Source: Promethearchaeota archaeon
Lineage (GTDB): Archaea > Asgardarchaeota > Lokiarchaeia > Sigyniarchaeales > SOKP01
NCBI GenBank assembly: GCA_016839705.1
Contig: JAEOTR010000033.1
Span: 1 to 46,606, forward strand
DNA length: 46,606 nt
Reading direction: 5' to 3'
Position 1 is the first letter of the stretch. Each line of letters begins with the position of its first letter. The position numbers and the translations under genes are program-made. The notes under the pieces were generated by a model that was given only the letters and a program-made list of their open reading frames with translations, made no database searches and had not been told where the DNA came from. Shown piece by piece: positions 1-9,622 of the stretch.

Positions 1-479
1 CTCCCACTGCTACAAAACCAGTGGCCCCTATCAAAGCTCCCTTACCTTCAAAATCATCTGATGTTGGTTCTGAATATGATGAAGCAGAACCTTTACCTTC
101 CATAAAACCTACAACAACCGCTACTAAACCTACAACAACCGCTACTAAACCTACAGCAACCGCTACTAAACCTATAGTATCCGCTACTATACCTGCCTCT
201 AAATCCACCCCTGCTATACATGTGTCTAAAACTAGCTTGGTTACTGACGCTAAGATTTCATTTGTCTTCAGCGCTATTTTAGAACATTTTGATGATATTT
301 GGATTTCAAAGAAGCCAGATGGTAATTTTTCTGTTGAAGAAATGGATGGACCAATCTGTACCTTTCATTTAAAAGAAGGGAACAAGATAAATTTTACTGC
401 GGATAGCTTTAATAATATTAATCCTAGCATAAAATTGGCAATACAGAAGAAATTTATTGAACTCTCAAAACTAATTTAA
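1..479 (+). CDS. Hypothetical protein, C-terminal part (5' partial), with a Pro/Thr/Ala/Lys-rich linker followed by a small globular domain
   Basis: The frame is open from position 3 (PTATKPVAP...), so the GTG at 21 is probably internal. Stop TAA at 477-479. Confidence 0.75.
   Translation, partial: PTATKPVAPIKAPLPSKSSDVGSEYDEAEPLPSIKPTTTATKPTTTATKPTATATKPIVSATIPASKSTPAIHVSKTSLVTDAKISFVFSAILEHFDDIWISKKPDGNFSVEEMDGPICTFHLKEGNKINFTADSFNNINPSIKLAIQKKFIELSKLI
105..188 (+). repeat. 21-bp coding tandem repeat, 4 copies (KPTTTAT, KPTTTAT, KPTATAT, KPIVSAT)
   Basis: AAACCTACAACAACCGCTACT is exact at 105-125 and 126-146, has 1 mismatch at 147-167 and is degenerate at 168-188. Confidence 0.95.
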
Positions 480-577
480 AAACTCTTAATACTAATATTT
501 TTTATTATTATCTTTTTTATTATTTATTAGTCTTTAGAAAAGAACTGAAACTATATTTTAGTATTCTATGATCAATT

Positions 578-2329
578 ATGAAATTCAATAGATTAGCACA
601 GTTGTTTTCAGAACTAGAGAATACCACGAAAAGGTTAGAAATGATTGATCTTTTATCAGACTTTTTTAGAAAAATCAAGGAAGAAGGAGAATTTGAAGAT
701 TTAAATAGCATAATTTATCTTTTACAAGGTCAATTAGTACCAAATATAAAACAATTTCCCAAAATGGGAATAGCTGAAAAAATGATAATCGAAGCATTAT
801 CAGTACACTCAGGAATAGAAAATAAAAAAATAAAGGAAGTCTTAGTAAAACAAGGAGATATAGGGGCAACAGCGGAATTAATTTTATCAAGAAAAAAGAC
901 ACAAAAATCTCTTTTTGACTACAACGAAACTATTACTATATCTTCAATAGAGCTTTCTGAATTATATTCAGAATTAAAAAAAATTGCTTTAACTGAAGGT
1001 TCAGGTTCGCATGATATCAAATTGGGTATATTAAGAGGACTAATGAGGAGAAGTTCACCTTTAGAAACTAAGTATTTACTACGCATCATAACATCTACCC
1101 TAAGAGTGGGCGTCCAATCACCAACGATAATTGAAGGCTTAGCATTAGCATTCACGGGTTCTAGAGATAGTAAAGAATTTATTGAAAGAGCTTATAGTTT
1201 ACATCCAGATTTGGGTGAAATTTCAAAAATATTGGCTGAACAGGGTTTAGACAAAGTAAAAAATATTGATATAGAGTATGGAACCCCAATTCTCAGTATG
1301 CTTGCCTCACGAGATATTTACACTGAGTTTGTTAATAGATTAGGGACACCTTTTATAGCAGAATATAAACTAGATGGGGAACGACTTCAAATTCATAAAA
1401 ATGGCGATTCAATAATGTTGTTTTCCCGACGTTTACTAGATGTTTCTGAACAGTATCCTGACGTTTGTGAAATTATTAATGAAAGTATTAAAGCAGATAA
1501 GGTTATATTTGAAGGAGAAGTAGTTGCAATGGATCATTTTTATGAAAAGATGCTCCCATTTCAAGTTTTAAGTAAAAGAAGGCGGAAATATGATGTAGAG
1601 GATATATCTAAAGACGTTCCTGTCTGCTTATTTATATTTGATCTTTTAAAATTTGGGGAAAAATCATTTGTAGATAAATCCTTGCCAAAACGTCGAGAGA
1701 AATTAGAGGAAATTATAAGAGAAAGGGATGAATTGCGTCTAGTTAAATCAGTTATGATAAATTCTACCGAGGAATTAGTAGATTTCTTTAAAAAAGCGAG
1801 ATCAGAGGGAAATGAAGGGATTATGGCAAAATCCATTCAAGATGATGCTATATATCAAGCGGGTAATCGCGGTTTCTTATGGTTAAAGTTAAAAAGCTTA
1901 GAGGGAGGTAAATTAAAAGATTCTGTAGATGTTGTTTTAGTGGGAGCTTTCTATGGCAAGGGTCGACGGACTGGTGTATTAGGGACATATATAGGTGCAG
2001 TATATGACCCAGAGACTGATAGATTCATTGCATTTACTCGTTTTTTCTCTGGTTTAACTGATGAATTGTCAGAATCTTTAACTAAAGAAATGGAAAAATA
2101 TAAGGTGGAAAGAAAGCCAGTTAATGTAATATGTGAAGATTCACCAGATATCTGGCTTAAACCAGAAATGGTTTTAGAAATCAGTGGTGATGAAATTACG
2201 ATTAGTGATAAATTTTCGACTTTAGGGTATTCAATGAGATTTCCTGTTTTCCAGAGAATTCGACCTGAAAAAAATGCAAAAGATATAACAACAATCGAAG
2301 AAATTAAAGAATTATATGATACACAATAA
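578..2329 (+). CDS. lig: ATP-dependent DNA ligase
   Basis: Adenylation motif EYKLDGER, plus EGIMAK, WLKLK, GAFYGKGRR and C-terminal MRFPVF.RIRPEK; 583 aa archaeal architecture. Confidence 0.97.
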   Translation: MKFNRLAQLFSELENTTKRLEMIDLLSDFFRKIKEEGEFEDLNSIIYLLQGQLVPNIKQFPKMGIAEKMIIEALSVHSGIENKKIKEVLVKQGDIGATAELILSRKKTQKSLFDYNETITISSIELSELYSELKKIALTEGSGSHDIKLGILRGLMRRSSPLETKYLLRIITSTLRVGVQSPTIIEGLALAFTGSRDSKEFIERAYSLHPDLGEISKILAEQGLDKVKNIDIEYGTPILSMLASRDIYTEFVNRLGTPFIAEYKLDGERLQIHKNGDSIMLFSRRLLDVSEQYPDVCEIINESIKADKVIFEGEVVAMDHFYEKMLPFQVLSKRRRKYDVEDISKDVPVCLFIFDLLKFGEKSFVDKSLPKRREKLEEIIRERDELRLVKSVMINSTEELVDFFKKARSEGNEGIMAKSIQDDAIYQAGNRGFLWLKLKSLEGGKLKDSVDVVLVGAFYGKGRRTGVLGTYIGAVYDPETDRFIAFTRFFSGLTDELSESLTKEMEKYKVERKPVNVICEDSPDIWLKPEMVLEISGDEITISDKFSTLGYSMRFPVFQRIRPEKNAKDITTIEEIKELYDTQ

Positions 2330-2339
2330 TCTTGAGTTA

Positions 2340-3698
2340 TCAATAATAAATCTTAACACCATTGTCTTCTAATTTTTTAATCTTTTTAGAAATAGATGAA
2401 AGTTTATTTTCGCCTAAATATAATTCTCGCAAAGAATTAAGTGAACTTATTGATTCTGGAAGGGAACTTAGCTCATTTCTTGATAAGTTTAAATATTGGA
2501 GAGAAGAAAGATTAGCAATATCACTTGGGAGTTTATCCAAGTTATTATCACTTAAATTTAAAAATTCTAAAGATGAAAGGGAACCCAGACTGTTTGGGAT
2601 ATCACTTAACTCATTCCTTTCTAAATCTAAAGATTTAAGTAAAGGAAGATCTCCTAAAGATACTGGTAATGTTTTAAGATGATTCCAACTCAAATTAAGA
2701 TACATTAATGATTTAAGATTTCCAATTAGTTCTGGGAGGGAAGTTAATTGATTATCGTGTAAGTTTAAATCTTGTAAAGATGACAAATTTACTAGAGTAG
2801 GTGGTAATGACTTAAGTTGATTTAGTCTTAAATTTAAAGTTTCTAGCTTTGATAAAGTACCAATTGTATTTGGGAGATGATCAAGTTCGTTCTTCCACAG
2901 AGATAGTTCTCGAAGAGAAGACAATGCACCTATAGAGGATGGTAAATCGTTTAAATTATTAACATTAATATTCAAGGTTTCTAAACAATTTAAAGACCCT
3001 ATCCAATCAGGAAGTTGGGTTAATTGATTATACCTTAGGATTAGAGTTTTTATATGAGATAAATATTTAAGGGATTCAGGAAGTCTTGTTAAACCTTTAA
3101 AAATAAAATCTAATTCTACAATTTTACAGTTTTTAATTTCATATTTTAATCTCCAGTATGATTTTTCTAAAAGTGTAATTGTCAAGTAGTTAATTAGAAT
3201 TTCTCCTAATTCCTTTATGCTTATATTTTCAATTTTTTTAGCATCACTTAATGCTTCGAATCCGAGTCTAAAGTCTTTCCTTCTAATATTTTTTACTTCT
3301 GTAAGTAATATTGATCTATTTAAAGAATTTTCTGTTCTAACTAAATTTTTAATAATTTCTATTAAAGTTGAATATGTGGTAGCTAGACAAGAAGGTGATT
3401 CTTCATGGATAAAAGCCCATTTCACTGGTTCTAATGCTTTATCGATAAAATTATTTCTCAAAACAATTGCAGCGGTATTTCTCATAGTTTCATTTGAATC
3501 AGAAATAAGTATATTCTCCAGAAGTTTGAAAACGCCTTCATCTTTAACCCCAATGTGATTTAACTTTTTAATACTCTCGACACGTACCTCTTCACGTTCA
3601 CTGCTTTCAATTAATGATAATAGCAGTTTAGTAGCCGAAAGTCTATCAATAATATTTTTAGAAAAATCTTCGTAGATTCTTTCAGGGGTTAATTCCAT
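2340..3698 (-). CDS. Leucine-rich repeat protein with N-terminal HEAT-like helical domain
   Basis: About 10 regular 23-aa repeats LxxLxLxxNxLxxLPxxIxxL. The helical N-terminus contains 'LLENILISDSNETMRNTAA'. Confidence 0.92.
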   Translation of the reverse strand: MELTPERIYEDFSKNIIDRLSATKLLLSLIESSEREEVRVESIKKLNHIGVKDEGVFKLLENILISDSNETMRNTAAIVLRNNFIDKALEPVKWAFIHEESPSCLATTYSTLIEIIKNLVRTENSLNRSILLTEVKNIRRKDFRLGFEALSDAKKIENISIKELGEILINYLTITLLEKSYWRLKYEIKNCKIVELDFIFKGLTRLPESLKYLSHIKTLILRYNQLTQLPDWIGSLNCLETLNINVNNLNDLPSSIGALSSLRELSLWKNELDHLPNTIGTLSKLETLNLRLNQLKSLPPTLVNLSSLQDLNLHDNQLTSLPELIGNLKSLMYLNLSWNHLKTLPVSLGDLPLLKSLDLERNELSDIPNSLGSLSSLEFLNLSDNNLDKLPSDIANLSSLQYLNLSRNELSSLPESISSLNSLRELYLGENKLSSISKKIKKLEDNGVKIYY

Positions 3699-3782
3699 TA
3701 CTCTAGAAAATTGATTTTGATTTTTTAAATTACTGTTTTTATTTTATTTATAGTATTTGAGAAGATTCTATGAAGTTAGGGT

Positions 3783-5273
3783 TTACAGTTTAATAATTAA
3801 CTCATTCTTTCTTTCTAATTCTCTTAGGGAAGGAGGGAGATATTCGATTTTGTTAAAATTTAAATCTAAAATTTTTAATGAAGAAAGTGAGGCAATTGAA
3901 TCGGGTAAAACTTCAAGTCGATTTCCCCATAGATTTAATTCTTCCAAATTTCTTAAAGATCCTATCCATTCTGGAAGAACCATAAAATTATTCCAGCTTA
4001 AATTTAAAATCTTAAGTGATCTTAAATTAATAAAAGAAGATGGAAGTCTCGTTAATTCATTATTTCTTAAATTTAATCTTTCTAACGACTTGAGTGAACC
4101 AATTGATTGTGGGACTTCAGATAGATTATTATCATATAAATCTAATTCTTTAAGCGAAAAATAATATCCCAACCATTCAGGTAACCTTGATAATTTATTT
4201 CCCCCTAATCCTAATTTTTCTAAGGATAAAAGAGGCTTTATATTACCTGGTATGGTTTTTAAATTATTCCAACCTAAATCTAACTCCTTAATTGATTTAT
4301 TCAAACTTATCGTTACATCGCTAAATTTATTTCCATGTAAATCCAGGGTTTTTAGGAAAGAAAGAGATTTAATTGATTCGGGGAGATGGTTTAAAACATT
4401 ATTTCTCAAATTAAGAACTTCTAATGAGGAAAGTGAACCAATAGAATTAGGAAGAGCTCTCAATCTATTTGATTTCAAATTTAAAGTTTTAATTATAGTG
4501 AAATTGTAAATATCAGGGAGTTTTACTAATTTGTTATAACTTAAATCTAAATATTCAAGTGAACTATTGAAATATTTAGGGATCGTTGTTAAATGATTAA
4601 AGCGCAAGTCACACTTTTTAAGATCTCTCAATGTAAATATTGATTCAAGAAAATTTTCAAGTTTATTTAGTCCAGAACTATATCTTTCAACATTTGATAA
4701 ATCCAACTCACTAATTAACCCTAGATTATTGATTCTATACTTAAAATAGCCAAATGTTTTTTTCAAAGATAAAATAACATGATAATTTATTAAAATTTCT
4801 GCAAGTTCATTTATAGACATAATACTGAGATGTTCTTTATCTCCTGAATCTTTCAGAAGGGAATTAAACTGTTTTTTCTGGAGCTTTCTTAATCTATTAA
4901 CCAAAACAGTTTTGGATTTGATATTTTCAATTTTGGCTATATTGGAAATAATTGTTATTATGCACTTTAAGGATTTTTCGTGCTCAAAAGCCCATATCAT
5001 TGGATCAAGGGCCTTCTCTTTATAATGGTTTTGTAAAACCTGACATGTCAGATTTCTAACATCCTCATTAATATCAGAAATTAATAAATGCTCTAAGAAT
5101 CTAAAAGTATTATCATCATCAAGGTGTATTTTATTTAATATTATTAGACTCTCTATTCGAGTGTCAGCATTTTCTGCATTATCAACTAATGCTAATAATA
5201 ATTCAATAGCCGAATTCTTGTCTAAATCCTTATTTTTTAAGTCTTGAAAAATTGCGTTAGGAGTTAGTGGCAT
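3783..5273 (-). CDS. Leucine-rich repeat protein with N-terminal HEAT-like helical domain (paralog of 2340-3698)
   Basis: About 12 LRRs. N-terminus MPLTP..IFQD...FLEHLLISDINEDVRN aligns with the neighbouring gene. Confidence 0.92.
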   Translation of the reverse strand: MPLTPNAIFQDLKNKDLDKNSAIELLLALVDNAENADTRIESLIILNKIHLDDDNTFRFLEHLLISDINEDVRNLTCQVLQNHYKEKALDPMIWAFEHEKSLKCIITIISNIAKIENIKSKTVLVNRLRKLQKKQFNSLLKDSGDKEHLSIMSINELAEILINYHVILSLKKTFGYFKYRINNLGLISELDLSNVERYSSGLNKLENFLESIFTLRDLKKCDLRFNHLTTIPKYFNSSLEYLDLSYNKLVKLPDIYNFTIIKTLNLKSNRLRALPNSIGSLSSLEVLNLRNNVLNHLPESIKSLSFLKTLDLHGNKFSDVTISLNKSIKELDLGWNNLKTIPGNIKPLLSLEKLGLGGNKLSRLPEWLGYYFSLKELDLYDNNLSEVPQSIGSLKSLERLNLRNNELTRLPSSFINLRSLKILNLSWNNFMVLPEWIGSLRNLEELNLWGNRLEVLPDSIASLSSLKILDLNFNKIEYLPPSLRELERKNELIIKL

Positions 5274-5297
5274 CTTTTTCAGTCAGATTTCCTTTCA

Positions 5298-6836
5298 TTA
5301 AACTTTTTCAATTACCATCCCACCCAGTCGTATAGGGCCCCCCGTTGCATTGTAGATTTTCTCTGCTTTTCTTAATTTAGATTCACTATGGGAATAAACC
5401 CTGAAGACAATATCCCCCTTCTTTATTTTCGCACCTTGCTTTTTTATAATTTCAACACCAGAGCTCTTGGAACTAGGACATCCCGCTGTTTTAGCAATCT
5501 GGTTGATAATAGAATTGTTTACTTCAACAATATAACCATCCTTATTTGCAAAAAATTCTTTAACATAGGGACCAATTTTAATATCTTCTGGCTTGATTTC
5601 TGGGTCTCCACCTTGAATTTCGATGATATTTTTCATCTTTTCATAAGCTTTACCGGAACGTAAAACCTCTTTCGCCAAATTTTGTCCTTCTCCTTTCTGA
5701 GCTTTTCCACTCATTTCTAGTATCATCCCCGCTAAGTCAGTAGCTTTTTCTATTAATGAATTTGGTCCGGCTGAATAATCTCTAAGTAAAGTCAAAGCTT
5801 CCCTAGCTTCTAAAGCTGGACCTACAGCATGACCAATGGGTTGGTGAGCTAACGTCAATGCACACTCTGTTTCAATACCTACATTCGAAGCGATCTCTTT
5901 AAATAAATAAGCGAATTGTTTTCCTTTATCAGTGCTAGGAAATTTTGTTCCGTCACCAACAGGTATGTCAAGTACGAGTTTTTTGACTCCTAATGAAAGT
6001 TTTTTAGTTAAAATTGAGGGAATCATAAGCCCTATGGGATCCATATGTAACGGTCTTTCAATTTCAATCAAAACATTATCTGCCGGAGCAGTTTCAAGTG
6101 CTCCACCCCAAATTATGCAAGCGTTTTCCTTAGATACAATATCGTTTAATTCTCTAGGAGTAAATGCAACTGGTGCTAACACTTCCATTGAATCAGCTGT
6201 TCCTGAAGGTGATGTTATAGCTCTTGTTGAAGATTTGGGAATTGTTAAACCAACCGCTGCGACAATGGGAACAATTATGAGAGAGACTTTATTGCCTGGA
6301 ACACCACCAGTACTATGTTTGTCATAAACGTCCATCCCAAAATAAAACATTTCTCCACTTCTGGTTTCAGCTAATGTTAAAGCCGTCATTTCTTCATTAT
6401 CCATTCCATTTATAGAAACGGCTGTAATAAATGCGGTGAGATCAATTCTAGACAATGATCCAGATACAGCATCAACAATAATACTATTGATTTCTTCACT
6501 TGATAATTTCAATCCTTTAATTTTTTTCTGAATGAACTTAAATGAATCCGGAGGTTCTGCTGGTTTAACTGAAACAATAGTCTCATTCTTTAGACTTTTT
6601 TTCTCTCGTAGTATATCTAAAAAGATTCCAATTTCTCCTGAATTTACAATTGTATTTGAATAATCTATTTGGATAATTGCTGTCCAAAATTTATCTTCTA
6701 GGGATCGAGATTTAGGATTTTTGATAAAAATACGTTCACCAGCTTTTTGTCCTAACTCTTGAGCGTCTTTAATATTCAGTACAACATCTTTGGTATTTCC
6801 CGTTTCAAAATTAATTTCTTTTACTTTAAGCTTCAT
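5298..6836 (-). CDS. AMP phosphorylase (thymidine phosphorylase family, archaeal type)
   Basis: Motifs DKHSTGGVPGNK, IPKSSTRAITSPSGTAD, QPIGHAVGPALEA. The N-terminal extension and 512 aa length are typical of archaeal AMPpase. Confidence 0.93.
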   Translation of the reverse strand: MKLKVKEINFETGNTKDVVLNIKDAQELGQKAGERIFIKNPKSRSLEDKFWTAIIQIDYSNTIVNSGEIGIFLDILREKKSLKNETIVSVKPAEPPDSFKFIQKKIKGLKLSSEEINSIIVDAVSGSLSRIDLTAFITAVSINGMDNEEMTALTLAETRSGEMFYFGMDVYDKHSTGGVPGNKVSLIIVPIVAAVGLTIPKSSTRAITSPSGTADSMEVLAPVAFTPRELNDIVSKENACIIWGGALETAPADNVLIEIERPLHMDPIGLMIPSILTKKLSLGVKKLVLDIPVGDGTKFPSTDKGKQFAYLFKEIASNVGIETECALTLAHQPIGHAVGPALEAREALTLLRDYSAGPNSLIEKATDLAGMILEMSGKAQKGEGQNLAKEVLRSGKAYEKMKNIIEIQGGDPEIKPEDIKIGPYVKEFFANKDGYIVEVNNSIINQIAKTAGCPSSKSSGVEIIKKQGAKIKKGDIVFRVYSHSESKLRKAEKIYNATGGPIRLGGMVIEKV

Positions 6837-7046
6837 ATTTTTATCTAACCTTTATACCATATACAGATATAAAGAAATAGTGATTAATAATTTTATTACT
6901 AATTCTTTAATTTGCTAAAAGAACACTCTTTACAAGGAAAGAGGTATTACAAAAATTTGGTTAATTTTTAAATGTGAAATCAAAATTAAATTATACTAAC
7001 TAACATTTTAATAAAAATAAGTAATGGAAATTTATTGGTTAAAAAT

Positions 7047-8186
7047 ATGAACAAATTCGAAAAATCCCAGACACTCTTAAAAGAATTGAATGGAGATGGT
7101 TGGTTAATAGTATGCAATGAAGGCAGTGATGTAAATTCTCGTTTTCTATTGGGTGTGGAATCTCATGCTCGGCATTACATTTATGTGGCAGTAAATGGGG
7201 AACATAGAGTTCTTGCTGTTGAGATGGAAGCACCAATGATTGAGAAATCCTTAAAAAATAATGGTGTTCACGCAAAAGTAGATTCATATAATTCATTAGA
7301 AGATCTTAAATCAAAGCTAAGTTTAATAGTCAACAAAAAAAGGATTGCTCTTAATTTTGGTGAAAATATTTTTAGCCAGAAAGGAACGAATTATGCTGAC
7401 TTTATACATGCCGGTGATTATTTTTCCTTAATAGATTTAGCTCCTAACACGGAATTTTTCTCAGCAGCTCCAATTATTTATGATCTAAGGTGTGTTAAAT
7501 CTCAAGAAGATTTAAAGGATCTACGTAATGTTTGCAAAGCAACAATAGAAATCTTAGAATCACTTCCAGATATCGTAAAATTAGGCATGACAGAAAGGGA
7601 GGTAAAGGCAGAGATTGAATATAGGTATATGAAACTAGGTCGACCTTCATTTCCAGCTATTGTAGGATCAGGAGCTAATGCTGCTGATCCCCATCATAAT
7701 ACATCAACAAAAAAAGTAGAACCTGGCGTTCTTTTAGTAGATACAGGATTACAAATTGATCAAATGTGCTCTGATATAACCTGGACTTTTTGGCTTGGAA
7801 ACAAGCCTTCTGATGAATTTCTTAAGGCGTATAATGCTCTTTATGAATCAAAAGAAATTGCGAATAAGTATTTAATTAACAATATTCCTAATTCTATCCC
7901 TGCAATAAAATGCCGTGAGTACTTAGCTGATGAGGGATATGATCATGAAAAATTATTTTTCCATGGTTTTGGTCATTCACTTGGTTTTGAAGCTCATGAT
8001 ATTGGTGCTAGAATTAGCTGGAAAGTCTCTGATGATTTTATTCTTAAAGAAAATATGGTTTATACTAGCGAACCGGGTTTATACTGGGAAGATAAATGGG
8101 GTGTTAGGTTGGAAGATGATATCGTTATAGGAAAAGAAAAGTGTGAGAAATTAACTTATAATCATAAAGATCCAATAACAATTTAA
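7047..8186 (+). CDS. M24 family Xaa-Pro aminopeptidase/prolidase
   Basis: Metal-binding motifs DTG...SDITWT, HGFGHSLGFEAHD, TSEPGLY, GVRLEDD. ATG at 7047 preferred over TTG at 7035. Confidence 0.92.
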   Translation: MNKFEKSQTLLKELNGDGWLIVCNEGSDVNSRFLLGVESHARHYIYVAVNGEHRVLAVEMEAPMIEKSLKNNGVHAKVDSYNSLEDLKSKLSLIVNKKRIALNFGENIFSQKGTNYADFIHAGDYFSLIDLAPNTEFFSAAPIIYDLRCVKSQEDLKDLRNVCKATIEILESLPDIVKLGMTEREVKAEIEYRYMKLGRPSFPAIVGSGANAADPHHNTSTKKVEPGVLLVDTGLQIDQMCSDITWTFWLGNKPSDEFLKAYNALYESKEIANKYLINNIPNSIPAIKCREYLADEGYDHEKLFFHGFGHSLGFEAHDIGARISWKVSDDFILKENMVYTSEPGLYWEDKWGVRLEDDIVIGKEKCEKLTYNHKDPITI

Positions 8187-8202
8187 TCTAAATCCCAATA
8201 AT

Positions 8203-9501
8203 TTACATTTTTATAGGGAGAGGAAATTCATTATCATTTTCAATAACATTCTGATCTGGATCATTAAATTTACTAGTGATTTTTATTACATATTCTCCTG
8301 CTTCAATAGGTTTAAGGCTTATTTCCCATCTGATATTTTCATTTGATCTTAGTGAGTATATCTGTTTCGTAAGAGTACCTCTCATTACTTTAATTTCTTC
8401 TGGAAATTCTATTTCAATATTAAGATTTAGAGCTTCACCTTCACTTTTATTCTCAATTAACACTTCAAGTGGAAAAGTTTGATCAATCAGAGGAGGTCTT
8501 AGATTCTTTATGGAAATATCTAATGACGGTAGAGGAGATATTAATTTTGGTTTTAAAAGTTGTAGAATTTCATATGTAAAAATTAAATTCCCATTTATTT
8601 CAAAGTCTAATGAAATTGGTCCAATAACGGAATTTTCCATTTGAAAGTGTGGTTTAATTAAGAAGTTGATTAGGTCTCTTTGATTTAATTCGAGTTTAAT
8701 TGGAAGTTCTGGTCTCTCTTGAGTAGTTAGGTTATCAGAAAGTGAAATCCCAATTTTATTTATTTTCAATTCTTTTATAGAATAATTATAAAACTCTTGC
8801 TTCGAAATATCTAATAAAGGATTAGAATCAATTTTCAAGGATAAATTCATCACTTCATTAGTAGTATACACATCTTTATCTAGACTTAACTTAATAATTA
8901 ACGATGTGTAGGTTTTTGCAATTACTAATGCTTGTTTTGCAAGGAGAATTTCAGCTTCTCGGAACTTACAGTTGTTAAAATCATTTTTAATTCTATCAAC
9001 ATATTTTTCATGTTTTTCTGTAGTAACCATAATCAAATTTGTGATAAGGTGAATTAATGGATTTTCTTTGAAATATTTATCGTCAACAAAATTTTTAATT
9101 TTTTTTACTAATTTCAAACCTTCTTCTTTCTCCCCATTAACAAAAAGACACAAAAATGATAAACATGAAAATAGTATAAAGTTTTGATTTCGATCGGAAG
9201 CACTTCTTAAATTAGGAATATAATTTACTGCTTCTCGAAAGAATTGATTTGCTTCCAAGATCTCGTTATTAAATAAGGATGCATTACCTGCCTTTCTGAG
9301 AAAATCTAAACCTATAACGTATTTATCTTCTTTCATAGAACACTTGGCAGCATCAAAATAGCAGTCTCTAGCAAGTTCAAAATTGCCTAACTTTGAATAT
9401 AAATCTCCAACAAAATCAAAAATCTTTGCAGCTCTTTTAAATTGCATTGCTTTATATAACTTCTCGGCTTTCCTGTATTGTTTTTCGATATCTTTTACCA
9501 T
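8203..9501 (-). CDS. Hypothetical protein: TPR/alpha-SNAP-like helical N-terminus plus C-terminal Ig-like beta-sandwich domains
   Basis: N-terminus KAEKLY...AAKIF..VGDLYSKLGNFELARDCYFDAAKC is TPR/SNAP-like. C-terminus LEVLIENKSEGEALNLNIEIEFP...WEISLKPIEAGEY is CARDB/Ig-like. Confidence 0.7.
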   Translation of the reverse strand: MVKDIEKQYRKAEKLYKAMQFKRAAKIFDFVGDLYSKLGNFELARDCYFDAAKCSMKEDKYVIGLDFLRKAGNASLFNNEILEANQFFREAVNYIPNLRSASDRNQNFILFSCLSFLCLFVNGEKEEGLKLVKKIKNFVDDKYFKENPLIHLITNLIMVTTEKHEKYVDRIKNDFNNCKFREAEILLAKQALVIAKTYTSLIIKLSLDKDVYTTNEVMNLSLKIDSNPLLDISKQEFYNYSIKELKINKIGISLSDNLTTQERPELPIKLELNQRDLINFLIKPHFQMENSVIGPISLDFEINGNLIFTYEILQLLKPKLISPLPSLDISIKNLRPPLIDQTFPLEVLIENKSEGEALNLNIEIEFPEEIKVMRGTLTKQIYSLRSNENIRWEISLKPIEAGEYVIKITSKFNDPDQNVIENDNEFPLPIKM

Positions 9502-9622
9502 TTTTAACTCACCAAGATAAATACTATTATTTTTAGTAATTAATTTTTAAATTAAAAATTAAGTAAAGAATTAGATTATGTGTCAGAAATAAATGAAAAA
9601 AAAATATAATTTAGTTTTTAAA

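Noticed and set aside
105-188. CRISPR-like array
   Set aside because: The units are contiguous with no spacers and are in-frame coding repeats. No cas genes are present.
6926-6943. Inverted repeat CTCTTT-N6-AAAGAG between the divergent AMPpase and peptidase genes
   Set aside because: The 6-bp arms are too short to distinguish from chance without comparative data.
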